This document shows, one piece after another, positions 48,697-59,227 of a DNA stretch of 64,000 bases (positions are counted from its first letter, which is position 1; every line of letters begins with the position of its first letter). The notes under the pieces were generated by a model. The model was not told the origin of the DNA, made no database searches, and saw only the letters and a program-made list of their open reading frames with translations. A program made the position numbers and the translations under genes. The stretch comes from Parapedobacter defluvii (lineage in GTDB: Bacteria; Bacteroidota; Bacteroidia; Sphingobacteriales; Sphingobacteriaceae): assembly GCA_040392005.1 (NCBI GenBank), contig JBEBWT010000003.1, positions 33,481-97,480 on the forward strand, given 5' to 3'.

Positions 48697-49689
48697 ATGG
48701 CAATTTTAGCATTTCAAAGACCTGATAAAGTTATCATGCAAAAATCCACGGATTTTGACGGTACTTTTGAATTTCGTCCGTTGGAGCCTGGTTTTGGTGT
48801 GACCATTGGTAATGCTTTGCGCCGTATTTTATTATCCTCATTGGAAGGATATGCAATTACGTCGGTTCGTTTCTCTGGTGTATCCCATGAGTTCTCCACG
48901 ATCCAGGGAGTTGTAGAAGATGTTACCGAGATCATTCTGAATCTCAAACAGGTACGTTTCAAGAAAACCGGTGATTTGGGGGATAGCGAAAAAGTGTTTA
49001 TTGTCATTAACGGACAGGACCAGTTCGCTGCGGGTGATATCACCAGATTCTCCAGCAATTTTACCGTACTGAATCCGGAACTGGTGATCTGCAATATGGA
49101 AAGCAGCGTGACCCTGGAGGTCGAGCTGAATATTGCGAAAGGCCGGGGATATATCAATGCCGAAGAAAATAAAATGGCAGATGGTCCGGTTGGACAGATC
49201 GCTATTGACTCTATTTTCACGCCTATCAAAAACGTGAAATACAGTGTTGAGAACTACCGCGTAGAACAAAAGACGGATTACGAGAAATTGGTGGTGGATA
49301 TTTCCACAGACGGCTCCATTCATCCCGAAGAGGCCCTGAAAGAAGCTGCCAAGATCCTGATCCAGCACTTTATGCTGTTCTCCGATGAGAATATCCTGCT
49401 GGAATCCCAGGCAAAAGAAGAAACCAAGGTGGTGGATGAAGAGATCCTGCACATGCGCAAGATCCTGAAGACCGAATTGGTGGATCTTGACCTGTCCGTA
49501 CGTGCTCTGAACTGCCTGAAAGCAGCCGACATCCGTACACTGGCCGAGCTGGTGACCTACGATGTAGCTGACATGCTTAAATTCCGCAATTTCGGTAAGA
49601 AATCACTGAGCGAAATTCAGGAACTGGTCAAAGCCAAAGGCCTTTCCTTCGGCATGAACCTGAGCAAATTTAAACTGGACGAAGAATAA
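48697..49689 (+). CDS. rpoA: DNA-directed RNA polymerase subunit alpha
   Basis: 330 aa with [25 protein letters not shown] and a C-terminal domain with [20 protein letters not shown]. Confidence 0.97.
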   Translation: MAILAFQRPDKVIMQKSTDFDGTFEFRPLEPGFGVTIGNALRRILLSSLEGYAITSVRFSGVSHEFSTIQGVVEDVTEIILNLKQVRFKKTGDLGDSEKVFIVINGQDQFAAGDITRFSSNFTVLNPELVICNMESSVTLEVELNIAKGRGYINAEENKMADGPVGQIAIDSIFTPIKNVKYSVENYRVEQKTDYEKLVVDISTDGSIHPEEALKEAAKILIQHFMLFSDENILLESQAKEETKVVDEEILHMRKILKTELVDLDLSVRALNCLKAADIRTLAELVTYDVADMLKFRNFGKKSLSEIQELVKAKGLSFGMNLSKFKLDEE

Positions 49690-49789
49690 TTAGTATTAAG
49701 TGAGTGCTGCTTTAGGTAGCGCATATTAGCGACCTGTTGCATAATTCCTCTCGTCGCAGACGGGAACGGTATGCACAAATTAAACAAAC

Positions 49790-50452
49790 ATGAGACACGG
49801 AAAAAAAATCAACCATTTGGGAAGAACAGACAGCCATCGTAAAGCGATGCTGGCAAATATGGCTTCCTCATTGATCAAGCACAAACGGATTACGACCACC
49901 CTTGCAAAGGCCAAAGCCCTGCGCAAGTATGCTGAACCACTGATCACTAAATCCAAAAATGATACAACCCACTCCCGCAGGAGCGTGTTCAGTTATTTGA
50001 AGGACAAAGATGCGGTGACCATTCTGTTCAGAGAGGTTTCAGATAAGGTAGCCAATCGTCCGGGCGGTTACACCCGCATTATCAAATTGGAAAACCGGGC
50101 CGGTGACAATGCCGAAATGGCCATCATCGAATTGGTGGACTACAACGAAGTTTATACGAAGGGTGGAGATGCCAAGGTAGAGAAAAAATCAACCCGTCGT
50201 CGTGGTGGTTCCGGTAAGAAAGCGGCTGCAGCTCCTGCTGAAGTTGTTGAGACACCGGAAGCTGAAGTAGCGGAGGCTGTTGAAGTAGCGGATGCAGCGA
50301 CTGAAGAAGTGATCGAAGCTGTTGATGCAACAGAAGCCGAGGCTGCCGAAGTTGTAGCTGAAGCAGAGGAAGTAGTTGCAGAAGCAACAGAAGAAGCTCC
50401 TGCCGCTGACGAGGCCGATCAGGCTGAAGAAGGCACTGAAAAAGACGCCTAA
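49790..50452 (+). CDS. rplQ: 50S ribosomal protein L17 with ~100-aa acidic Ala/Glu/Val-rich C-terminal extension
   Basis: It has [21 protein letters not shown]...GGYTRIIKL, then [58 protein letters not shown]... Confidence 0.95.
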   Translation: MRHGKKINHLGRTDSHRKAMLANMASSLIKHKRITTTLAKAKALRKYAEPLITKSKNDTTHSRRSVFSYLKDKDAVTILFREVSDKVANRPGGYTRIIKLENRAGDNAEMAIIELVDYNEVYTKGGDAKVEKKSTRRRGGSGKKAAAAPAEVVETPEAEVAEAVEVADAATEEVIEAVDATEAEAAEVVAEAEEVVAEATEEAPAADEADQAEEGTEKDA

Positions 50453-50516
50453 TTCGCGGGTTGGGCCGGATGGCACTGAGGTGCCTTTGAGCACAGACAA
50501 TATAGCATTAAAAGAA

Positions 50517-50546
50517 AAGCCTGGAAGAAGTTCCGGGCTTATTTTT
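50517..50546 (+). terminator. rho-independent terminator after rplQ
   Basis: AAGCCTGGAA (50517-50526) pairs with TTCCGGGCTT (50531-50540) with one G-U pair, followed by ATTTTT. Confidence 0.6.
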
Positions 50547-50603
50547 GTACTGGGGGTTTGATATTCACGGAAAAGAACAACAGTCAGTTTCCGCATCCGG
50601 AAA

Positions 50604-51461
50604 TCACTGGAAAACCTCCCAGCTATAATCCATCGCTGCGGCCCAGGCTTCCATATCCAAATCAAGCCGGAGTGGATGGGTGGTCAGGGCTGCAATAAGG
50701 CTTTCAGTCGCAATATTGCCCACCAACTCGTCCTCTGCCATTGGACAGCCTCCGAATCCCCGTAGAGCCGTGTCAAATCGCCGGCATCCGGCCTCCAGGG
50801 CAGCCTGGATCTTGCCCTGGCTTTCCTGTGGCGTACTGTGCAGGTGTATGCCCCATTCCACATCCTTGAATTCCCCGCTCAGAAAGGAGTAGAGTTGCTT
50901 GATTTTCTCCGGCGTGGAATCACCTACCGTGTCGGCCAGTGCCAGATGCCGCACGCCCAGCCGGTATAATTTCTCCGTGTATGTTGCCACGATATGTTCA
51001 TTCCATTCATCTCCGTAGGGATTGCCAAAACCCATGGACAGATACACCAGCGGGATTTTATTGTTCGCGGCACATATTTCCACAATTTCCTGCACTCTGT
51101 CCAGGGATTGCTCGCGGGTGCTGTTGGTATTGCGGAGCTGAAAAGTTTCCGAGACCGAAAAAGGGAAACCCAACAGGCGGATCCGCTCATGACCGGCAGC
51201 TTCCTGTGCCCCCCGTACATTGGCGATAATGGCCAGCAGATCCGTGTCCCTGCCAGCATCCGGATCCAGGCCGGCCAGCACCTCTGCCGTATCCCTCAGT
51301 TGGGGGATCGCTTTGGGGGATACGAAACTGCCAAAATCCAGCCGGTCAAACCCTACCCGAAGGAGCAGGTTGAGAAAATGGATTTTCTTTTCCGTTGGAA
51401 TAAAGGGAATGATTCCCTGCATGGCGTCCCGCGGACATTCGGTGATCGAAACTTTGTTCAT
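50604..51461 (-). CDS. hydroxymethylglutaryl-CoA lyase
   Basis: 285 aa with ECPRDAMQG at the N-terminus and HLHSTP/GCPMA-type HMGL-like motifs (GIHLHSTPQ, GFGGCPMAEDELVGN). Confidence 0.88.
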   Translation of the reverse strand: MNKVSITECPRDAMQGIIPFIPTEKKIHFLNLLLRVGFDRLDFGSFVSPKAIPQLRDTAEVLAGLDPDAGRDTDLLAIIANVRGAQEAAGHERIRLLGFPFSVSETFQLRNTNSTREQSLDRVQEIVEICAANNKIPLVYLSMGFGNPYGDEWNEHIVATYTEKLYRLGVRHLALADTVGDSTPEKIKQLYSFLSGEFKDVEWGIHLHSTPQESQGKIQAALEAGCRRFDTALRGFGGCPMAEDELVGNIATESLIAALTTHPLRLDLDMEAWAAAMDYSWEVFQ

Positions 51462-51480
51462 GTCGAAACCTTGTTCATGA

Positions 51481-53259
51481 TCAATAAATCGTAATCTGAT
51501 AAGGAAGGAGGGCCATCATTCCAGTTTGATCCAATACCTTTTTCATGGATTCGTAATGATCATAAAAGGCACCAAATTCGGAACGTCCATACCAGGATTT
51601 GATTTTGTCAGTAGATCCTCCCAACAGACTGGCAAACGGATCTTTGATGGCCGGATATTTGACAATCTGATAATCTTCTATACCAGCTTTGGACGCTGCT
51701 GCTGCGATGGCATCGTTTATACTGCCCAGCCGGTCCACCAGACCATTGGCCACGGCCTGCTCTCCGCTCCAGACACGTCCCTGTCCGATGCTGTCCACCT
51801 GTTCAGGCGTCATATGACGTCCGTTGGCTACTCTTTTGAGGAAAGTCTGGTAAATACGGTTTACTTCCACCTGCAAAATTTGTTTCTCATCGGCTGAGAG
51901 CGGGCGATCGAAACTGCCACTCAGGAAATCCGCGTATTCTCCGGTTTTCACACCGTCAAAGGTCACACCCAGATTTTTGTTCCATAGTTTTTGCATATTC
52001 GGGATCGTACCAAAAACCCCGATGGATCCGGTGATGGTATTGGGCTGGGCAAAGATGGAATCAGCCGCTGCCGCAATATAATAACCGCCGGAAGCCGCCA
52101 CATCCCCCATAGAAACAATGACCGGTTTCTCCTGTCTGAGCAGATCCACTTCCCGCCAGATCACTTCCGAGGCCAGTGCACTGCCACCCGGTGAATTGAT
52201 TCGGAATACCACTGCCTTTACCTTATCGTCCCTGCGCATCTTACGCAATTCCCGGGAAATCTTTTCCGAACCAATGGATTCATCGCTGCCTTCACCCCCC
52301 GCAATGGTCCCTACCGCATACACCACCGCGATGCGGTCCCGTCCCGCAACAGACTTGGAACCGGATGCTGTTGGTTTGTAGTTGCGCAGGGAAATGGTAT
52401 TGATATCTTTTTTAGGATCGATTTCCAGTTTTTCCTTCAGATTGGTCAGCAGTTCATCCTTGTACATCAGACCATCGGCCAATCCGTATCTGACCGCATC
52501 ATCTGCATTGCGCACCAGGAATTGATCGGCGATCCTGTGCAGAGAATCCACAGGCATCTTTCTGCTATCCGCAATTTCAGCGAGGAAATGCTGATAGATA
52601 CTTCCCACATAGGAGTTGACCTGTTCCCGGTTGGCAGCACTCATCTTTTCCTGGATCAGCGGCTCGACCGCACTCTTGAAGGTGCCCACCTTGACCACCT
52701 GCATATCGATTCCGATCTTGTCCAGTGTTCCCTTAATGAATGATATTTCAGTCGCCAGTCCCCTGAAATCCAGTGCACCTTCCGGATTGACATAGATCTC
52801 ATCGGCCGTCGAGGCAAGGTAATAGGCCCTTTGCGAATAGCCTTCACTGTAAGCCACAATAAATTTATCGGTATTTTTGAAACTGATCAATGCATCCCTG
52901 ATCTCCTGTAATGTGGCAAAACTGGCAGACACAAAGGACATATCCAGTAGAATACCTTTGATCTTATCATCTGTTTCGGCCCCTTTGATCCGGTTCAGTA
53001 TATCATCCAGTCCCAGGCTTCTGGTAGTCTGCAGTCCGGGAATATCCAATTCCTCAAATGGATTTGGAATTGTTCTTTCAGTAATCTCATGATCCATAGG
53101 GATATAAAGAATGGAGTTTTCTGACACCAGCGTCGTTTTTTCCTTCATGGCAGAATTGACCAGGGATCCTACGATCGCCATCACAATCAAAAGCAGGATG
53201 ATTCCCGAAATGACTACGCCCGTGACGGTGGCCAAAACATATTTGAAAAATGATCTCAT
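51481..53259 (-). CDS. sppA: signal peptide peptidase SppA, 67K type
   Basis: 592 aa with an N-terminal TM helix and two tandem ClpP/crotonase-like halves. It has INSPGGSALASE and GDVAASGGYYIA motifs. Confidence 0.9.
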   Translation of the reverse strand: MRSFFKYVLATVTGVVISGIILLLIVMAIVGSLVNSAMKEKTTLVSENSILYIPMDHEITERTIPNPFEELDIPGLQTTRSLGLDDILNRIKGAETDDKIKGILLDMSFVSASFATLQEIRDALISFKNTDKFIVAYSEGYSQRAYYLASTADEIYVNPEGALDFRGLATEISFIKGTLDKIGIDMQVVKVGTFKSAVEPLIQEKMSAANREQVNSYVGSIYQHFLAEIADSRKMPVDSLHRIADQFLVRNADDAVRYGLADGLMYKDELLTNLKEKLEIDPKKDINTISLRNYKPTASGSKSVAGRDRIAVVYAVGTIAGGEGSDESIGSEKISRELRKMRRDDKVKAVVFRINSPGGSALASEVIWREVDLLRQEKPVIVSMGDVAASGGYYIAAAADSIFAQPNTITGSIGVFGTIPNMQKLWNKNLGVTFDGVKTGEYADFLSGSFDRPLSADEKQILQVEVNRIYQTFLKRVANGRHMTPEQVDSIGQGRVWSGEQAVANGLVDRLGSINDAIAAAASKAGIEDYQIVKYPAIKDPFASLLGGSTDKIKSWYGRSEFGAFYDHYESMKKVLDQTGMMALLPYQITIY

Positions 53260-53330
53260 AATTTTTTAACTTCTTTTCCGTATTTTGTTATGTATATTTG
53301 ACTTAATTATTAATACAAAGTTACAAAAAG

Positions 53331-53846
53331 ATGCCGGTTGTTTATCTATTGCTGGGAGCAAATCTGGGAGAGCGGGAAGTACAGTTGTATTCAGCAAGAA
53401 ATGCGATTGCCGGCTCCATCGGTCAGATCACGGCGCAATCTTCCGTTTATGAAACCGCCAGTTGGGGCAATAAGGAGGAGCAACCGGACTTTCTGAACCA
53501 GGCGATTGGAGTACTGACCGGATTGACTGCAGAAGAAGTCCTGGAGGAAATTAACCGGATTGAGGCCCGTTTGGGCCGGGTCCGGAAGGAAAGATGGGAT
53601 GCGCGCATCATCGACATCGATATTTTGTTTTATGACAGGGATCTGGTGGATCTTCCCCACCTTCAGATTCCCCACCGGTATTTTCAGGAGCGGAATTTTG
53701 CCATGGTTCCCATGAATGAGATTGCACCGGATCTGGTGCACCCATCGCTCGGTAAAACCGTCAAAGAATTACTGTCTGAGTCCAAAGACCCACTTGAAGT
53801 ACGGCTATATGAATCTGAACTGTCATTTAAATCTGAACTGCCATGA
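53331..53846 (+). CDS. folK: 2-amino-4-hydroxy-6-hydroxymethyldihydropteridine diphosphokinase
   Basis: 171 aa with LGANLG...SSVYETASWG...RWDARIIDIDILFY...LQIPHRYFQERNFAMVP. Confidence 0.9.
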   Translation: MPVVYLLLGANLGEREVQLYSARNAIAGSIGQITAQSSVYETASWGNKEEQPDFLNQAIGVLTGLTAEEVLEEINRIEARLGRVRKERWDARIIDIDILFYDRDLVDLPHLQIPHRYFQERNFAMVPMNEIAPDLVHPSLGKTVKELLSESKDPLEVRLYESELSFKSELP

Positions 53847-54202
53847 ATTTCACAGAAGCAAACATGGATTACCTGATGGACCTGTCAGGAGGTGACCGGT
53901 CTATCATTAGGGAGATGGTACAATTATTTTTGACCCAGACGCCGGGCCACCTCGAATTGCTGGCCGGTTATATTGAAAACCGGGATTGGGAAAATACCCG
54001 CTCGATGGCGCACCACATCAAACCTACGCTGTCCTATATGGGGGCAGAGGACATGCGGAAAATCTTGCAGGAAATAGAAAGTATGGCTGCTGAAAAGCAG
54101 GATATGGATCGATTAGTCTCCGCTTTTGATCCGCTCCGTCAAAGATTTGAAGTATTATTTGCTGAGCTGAAAACGTATCTTGACTCTATTACCGACTCCT
54201 GA
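53843..54202 (+). CDS. stand-alone Hpt (histidine phosphotransfer) domain protein
   Basis: 119-aa four-helix-size ORF with the MAHHIKPTLSYMGAEDM motif (H-x2-K-x5-G pattern). Its start overlaps the folK stop (ATGA). Confidence 0.65.
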   Translation: MNFTEANMDYLMDLSGGDRSIIREMVQLFLTQTPGHLELLAGYIENRDWENTRSMAHHIKPTLSYMGAEDMRKILQEIESMAAEKQDMDRLVSAFDPLRQRFEVLFAELKTYLDSITDS

Positions 54203-54890
54203 AATGGAGGAAGGAAAGCCCAAAGTACAGAAGCAGTATCAGCGGAATGGCCGGCAGTTTCAGACCCAGCAGTAAGCCCGCACTCAGCAGGAGAAACAGA
54301 TATTTATACTTGTTTTCCTGCCAGGAAAGGGATTTTAGCTTCATGGAGAAAAGCCGGAACTCGCTGATCAATAACCAACTGGTGATCAGGATGCTGCCAA
54401 GCAGAAAAACCGGATGAGTGACCAAACCTCCTATGCCCGGCATCAGGCTGCTTTGTGCAATAAATGGCAAAGACAGCACATAAAAAGCATTCATCGGCGT
54501 ATTCAAGCCTATAAAATCACTTTGTTGCCGCTCATCCAGATTGAATTTGGCCAGGCGGAGCGCAGAGAATACGGTCACTATAAAACCCGCATAGGGCAGC
54601 CAGGAAACGGAGGAATCTGATTGTAGTAATAGTTGATAATAGATCAAGCCCGGCAACAATCCGAAGCTCACCACATCAGCCAGCGAGTCCAGCTCCCTGC
54701 CAATGGCCGAACTGACCCGGAGTACCCTCGCGATCAGCCCGTCCATCAAGTCGAACAGCCCGGAGGCCAGCATACAGAAAGCTACATAATCAAACTGTCC
54801 CCTGAAGGCAAAAACAACTCCCACACAGCCACTCAGCAGATTGAGACAAGTGACTGCGTTGGGAATATTTTTTTTGATTGCCTTAACCAT
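54189..54890 (-). CDS. pssA: CDP-diacylglycerol--serine O-phosphatidyltransferase
   Basis: 233 aa and polytopic, with the CDP-alcohol phosphotransferase motif [31 protein letters not shown]. Confidence 0.85.
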   Translation of the reverse strand: MVKAIKKNIPNAVTCLNLLSGCVGVVFAFRGQFDYVAFCMLASGLFDLMDGLIARVLRVSSAIGRELDSLADVVSFGLLPGLIYYQLLLQSDSSVSWLPYAGFIVTVFSALRLAKFNLDERQQSDFIGLNTPMNAFYVLSLPFIAQSSLMPGIGGLVTHPVFLLGSILITSWLLISEFRLFSMKLKSLSWQENKYKYLFLLLSAGLLLGLKLPAIPLILLLYFGLSFLHFRSR

Positions 54891-56385
54891 TCATACTGAT
54901 GAGGAATTCCTCGTTGGACTTGGTGCCCCGCATCTGGGCCAGCAAAAACTCCATGGCTTCCGTAGAATTCATATCGGCCAGGTGGTTTCTCAGGATCCAG
55001 ATCCGTTGCAGGGTCTCCCGGTCGTTGAGCAGGTCGTCCCTTCTGGTGCTTGAAGCCGTCAGGTCGATAGCCGGGAAGATCCGTTTGTTCGACAATTTCC
55101 GATCCAGTTGCAGCTCCATGTTTCCGGTACCCTTGAATTCCTCAAAGATTACTTCATCCATTTTGGAACCGGTATCCGTCAGGGCTGTTGCCAGAATGGT
55201 CAGTGAACCGCCATGTTCAATATTCCGGGCAGCTCCGAAGAAACGCTTGGGTTTGTGCAATGCATTGGCGTCCACACCACCGGAAAGAATCTTGCCGGAG
55301 GCCGGGGCTACCGTGTTATAGGCACGGGCCAGACGGGTGATGGAATCCAGCAGGATCACCACATCATGTCCGCATTCCACCATACGTTTTGCTTTTTCCA
55401 GTACGATATTGGCGATCTTTACGTGACGCTCCGCAGGTTCGTCAAAGGTAGAAGAAACTACTTCGGCCCGTACGCTCCTGGCCATATCGGTCACCTCTTC
55501 CGGGCGTTCATCGATCAGCAGAATGATCAGATAAACCTCCGGGTGGTTTTTGGCAATGGCATTGGCCACATCTTTCAGCAACATGGTTTTACCGGTCTTC
55601 GGCTGAGCGACGATCAATCCCCGCTGCCCTTTTCCGATAGGCGTAAACAGATCCATGATCCGGGTCGAATAATTGCCGGTACCGGTAAACAGATTCAATC
55701 GCTCGGTGGGGAATAGGGGAGTCAGATAATCAAAAGGTACCCGGTCCCGTACTTCTGCCGGATTCTGGCCATTGATCGCTTCAATGCGGACCAGGGGAAA
55801 GTATTTTTCACCCTCTTTGGGTGGGCGGATGCTCCCACGGACCGTATCGCCGGTTTTCAGACCAAATAATTTGATCTGGGATTGGGACACATAGATATCA
55901 TCCGGAGAGGTCAGATAATTATAATCCGAGGAACGGAGAAAACCATAGCCATCCGGCATGATTTCCAGTACGCCCTCATTGACGATTACATTATCAAAAT
56001 CCGGTGTATTTTGGGCATTTTCGGTTCTGCCGTTGGCAGGTTTGTTTTGTTCCGGCACGATCGCTGTTTCGATTCTTGCGATATCACTTTCATCATCGGC
56101 AAATCCGGTATTCCGGTGCAGACCGACAGGCTCACCGCCTGGCTTTATACTGCGGAGCCTTTTTCTCGGACGTTCATCTGAATAACTGGATTCAACCTGT
56201 TTTTCTTCTGTAACATCTTCCGGGGAAGAAGCCGGTTGTGAATTCTGACTTTCCTCATCACCTGTTTCCACGATGCGTTTGATCAGCTCCTGTTTTCTCA
56301 ATTTTTCGACATCCTGAATGCCGATCAATGCTGCTATCTCACGCAATTCGGACACGAGCTTCGCATTCAATTCACTAATATTCAT
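54883..56385 (-). CDS. rho: transcription termination factor Rho with ~100-aa low-complexity N-terminal insertion
   Basis: 500 aa with the N-terminal helix bundle ([18 protein letters not shown]), a CSD-like RNA-binding domain ([15 protein letters not shown]), Walker A PKTGKT, and the conserved C-terminal ATPase. Confidence 0.96.
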   Translation of the reverse strand: MNISELNAKLVSELREIAALIGIQDVEKLRKQELIKRIVETGDEESQNSQPASSPEDVTEEKQVESSYSDERPRKRLRSIKPGGEPVGLHRNTGFADDESDIARIETAIVPEQNKPANGRTENAQNTPDFDNVIVNEGVLEIMPDGYGFLRSSDYNYLTSPDDIYVSQSQIKLFGLKTGDTVRGSIRPPKEGEKYFPLVRIEAINGQNPAEVRDRVPFDYLTPLFPTERLNLFTGTGNYSTRIMDLFTPIGKGQRGLIVAQPKTGKTMLLKDVANAIAKNHPEVYLIILLIDERPEEVTDMARSVRAEVVSSTFDEPAERHVKIANIVLEKAKRMVECGHDVVILLDSITRLARAYNTVAPASGKILSGGVDANALHKPKRFFGAARNIEHGGSLTILATALTDTGSKMDEVIFEEFKGTGNMELQLDRKLSNKRIFPAIDLTASSTRRDDLLNDRETLQRIWILRNHLADMNSTEAMEFLLAQMRGTKSNEEFLISMNG

Positions 56386-56681
56386 TAAATGTAATTATAA
56401 AGTAAGGGTTTTGCTATTTATGGTATAGAAATTCAGCCTGTCCCTGCAACTTTAGTTCTGAAAAAAATCAACAGAAAGTTTCTCGGATTTCAGCCTTTGG
56501 CCGTATTAAATCTACGAATCCACAGGCATAAGCAGGATAAATTCTTAAAAGAATTACTCTGCAAATAAAAGGAATCATTTCCATATTACAAAAAAAATAA
56601 TCGAAAAATAATTCTTATAATTGCATAATCTTAAAAAAAATCGTGGCCGGGCCATGTAGAACTAAATATAACTGAGCGGAA

Positions 56682-57542
56682 ATGATAATAATTGCTGACG
56701 GCGGATCCACCAAAACCAACTGGTGTCTGCTGGACGATTCAGGAAAGAAGATATATTTTAATACGGAGGGCTATAATCCGTTTTTTGTGAGTACTGATTA
56801 CATTCTGGCTTCCCTGCGCAAAGGTCTCCCGAAGGATCTGCCCTTTGACCGCATCCGGGAAGTCAATTATTACGGGGCCGGTGTGCATAATGAAGAAAAG
56901 GCCGCCATTGTGGTCAAAGCGATGCAACAGGTTTTTCCGGTTGCCGAAATTCATGCGGGGCATGACCTGATCGCGGCCGCCAGAGCACTGTTGGGCACTC
57001 AGGCCGGCTTTGCTGCCATTCTGGGAACCGGTACTAATAGCTGCATCTACGACGGTCAGGAGATCACCCATCAGATCAGTTCGGCCGCCTATATTCTGGG
57101 TGATGAGGGCAGCGGTTGCTATATAGGTAAAAAATTACTGACCGATTATATACGGGGCTATATGCCTGAAGATGTCAGGGCAGAATTCTGGGAAACTTAT
57201 AAAATCACCCCGGACGATGTCATGGATGCGGTCTATACCAAACCCATGGCCAATCGCTTCTGCGCCGGCTTTGCCAAATTTGTCTATGACTGTACGGTGA
57301 ATATCAATTATAACCGGGGGATCGTGGTCAATGCTTTTGATGATTTCTTCCGCAATCTGGTGAGCAGGTATCCCGATTATCAGTCCTATTCATTCAATTG
57401 CATAGGTTCGGTAGGCTATAATTTCAGGAATGTGCTGGAAGAAAAGGCCGTAGAATACGGAATGCCTTTTGGCAGGATCGTACGTTCACCGATTGATGAT
57501 CTGGTACAGTACCATATCAATAAGATGAAGGATCAGGGGTAG
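56682..57542 (+). CDS. BadF/BadG/BcrA/BcrD-family ATPase (N-acetylglucosamine / MurNAc kinase-like)
   Basis: 286 aa with MIIIADGGSTKTNW, AILGTGTNS and GDEGSGCYIGKK, which are ASKHA-fold phosphate motifs. Confidence 0.75.
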   Translation: MIIIADGGSTKTNWCLLDDSGKKIYFNTEGYNPFFVSTDYILASLRKGLPKDLPFDRIREVNYYGAGVHNEEKAAIVVKAMQQVFPVAEIHAGHDLIAAARALLGTQAGFAAILGTGTNSCIYDGQEITHQISSAAYILGDEGSGCYIGKKLLTDYIRGYMPEDVRAEFWETYKITPDDVMDAVYTKPMANRFCAGFAKFVYDCTVNINYNRGIVVNAFDDFFRNLVSRYPDYQSYSFNCIGSVGYNFRNVLEEKAVEYGMPFGRIVRSPIDDLVQYHINKMKDQG

Positions 57543-57569
57543 TCTGAGACTCCTTGTGCGGAATGCAGG

Positions 57570-58244
57570 TTAAATAGTGGCCTGCACAAAAATTTCTTCC
57601 CTGTCCAGCTCTGTTTTGGCGGCACTAATGGTTTTGTGAATCCTGGTGCAGCCTTCCAATAGTCGGAAACCATTGTTTGCAAGCAATGTTTCTACTTCCT
57701 CTTTGTCGTATAGCCTGAAACGCCCGTCCGTAAAAGGCAGGGTCTGCATAAATTCCCTGCTGGCAAAAGCGAGGCAGCAGATTCCTGCGTCCCGTAGGAC
57801 CCGGCGGATTTCCTGGAGGAACCGGTCGGGGTGTTCCCAAAAATAAATGGTATTGACACTGAATACCCTGTCAAAGGCTTGATCCGGGTAGGGCAACCGG
57901 GCTCCGTCGGTCTTTTGGAGCGATACTTTTCCGGACAGCACCTCCTGCTGGTTGATCCGCAATCCTTCAGCGATCATGGTTTCCGAAATATCCGTGCCGG
58001 CATATTGCAGATTTTCTGCCTGTTGCAGTACATAACCGGCAAACTGTGCATTGCCCGGCCCGATTTCCAGAATACGCTGTCCATCCTGGCAGTGGAGCAG
58101 TTCGATGGCCTTCATGGTCATCTCCCCGTTGCTCTGGTTCATCCGCTGTGCGACCAGCAGGCCGTCCGCCCCGGTGGGATTGGCCAGTTGCGCAGCGATC
58201 GCACTGTAATCAATTTCCTTATCTGTGGGTTCCTCACCTGCCAT
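57570..58244 (-). CDS. class I SAM-dependent methyltransferase
   Basis: 224 aa with motif I ILEIGPGNAQFAG and a later FDRVFSVNTIYFW. Confidence 0.75.
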   Translation of the reverse strand: MAGEEPTDKEIDYSAIAAQLANPTGADGLLVAQRMNQSNGEMTMKAIELLHCQDGQRILEIGPGNAQFAGYVLQQAENLQYAGTDISETMIAEGLRINQQEVLSGKVSLQKTDGARLPYPDQAFDRVFSVNTIYFWEHPDRFLQEIRRVLRDAGICCLAFASREFMQTLPFTDGRFRLYDKEEVETLLANNGFRLLEGCTRIHKTISAAKTELDREEIFVQATI

Positions 58245-59175
58245 TGTTGTCTGTATATTTTAATTCCACCTGAGCCCCTTTAACGGAAAGTTGTACTTCC
58301 CGGCCCAGCATCAATGCGTGATTGTCGGGAATATGCCCCGACGGAAAGTCAAAGGCGACCGGGTAGGTCAATCCATTGATTTTCTCCAGCACGATTTCTT
58401 CCACCGTACTGCCAAAGGGAACCTCCGGATTATCTTTCATTTCAGAGAATCCACCCACAAGCAATCCGGCAAGTCGGTCCAGTTTCCCGGCACGTTTCAG
58501 GGTCCAGAGCATCCGGTCCACATTGTAGTACTTTTCGCCTATATCTTCGATAAGCAAAACTTTATCTTCAAAGTCCATTTCCGAACGGGAGCCCATCACA
58601 CTTTGGAGCAGCGCCAGATTGCCCCCGATCAACTGTCCGCAACCCTCTCCGTCACGGTTGGACGGAGCCTGTGCAGCTGCGGTGCTGTACCGGTAGCTGA
58701 CCGGCTCTCCGAACAAAGCCTTTCTCAGTGTCTCCAGGGAGGTAGAGGTCCCTTCGGGAATGGTGGCCGGCATCTGACCGTGTATGGTGGGGATGCCATA
58801 AACTGCATGGATGTGGCTGTGCAGCACCGTGATGTCACTGAAGCCGACCAGCCATTTGGGATTTGCCACAAATTTTGTAAAATCAAGCCGGTCAATGATG
58901 CGTACGGTCCCGTATCCCCCTCTTGCCGCAAAAATGACCTTCACTTCCGGATCATCCAGTGCTGCCTGCAAATCTGCTGTCCGGAGTTCGTCGCTGCCGG
59001 CATATTGGTGCAGGCGGCTGGTGACTGTAATCCCCTTTTTCACCCGCAGACTCCAGGATCGAAGCAGCTTGTGGGCATCTTCCAGTTCTCCGGTCACGAA
59101 ACTTGCAGGGCAGACAAGAGCCACCAGATCTCCGGCTTTCAGAAATTCAGGCAAAATAGGGGTTCGCATCATCAT
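58234..59175 (-). CDS. ldcA: LD-carboxypeptidase (peptidase S66, LdcA-like)
   Basis: 313 aa with GDLVALVCPAS, IFAARGGYG, GFSDITVLH (nucleophile Ser) and the C-terminal FPSGH. Confidence 0.85.
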   Translation of the reverse strand: MMMRTPILPEFLKAGDLVALVCPASFVTGELEDAHKLLRSWSLRVKKGITVTSRLHQYAGSDELRTADLQAALDDPEVKVIFAARGGYGTVRIIDRLDFTKFVANPKWLVGFSDITVLHSHIHAVYGIPTIHGQMPATIPEGTSTSLETLRKALFGEPVSYRYSTAAAQAPSNRDGEGCGQLIGGNLALLQSVMGSRSEMDFEDKVLLIEDIGEKYYNVDRMLWTLKRAGKLDRLAGLLVGGFSEMKDNPEVPFGSTVEEIVLEKINGLTYPVAFDFPSGHIPDNHALMLGREVQLSVKGAQVELKYTDNNGR

Positions 59176-59227
59176 TTTTCACAAATTGGATTATCTTTGT
59201 CAAATATACTAATTTAAGCGATAGATT

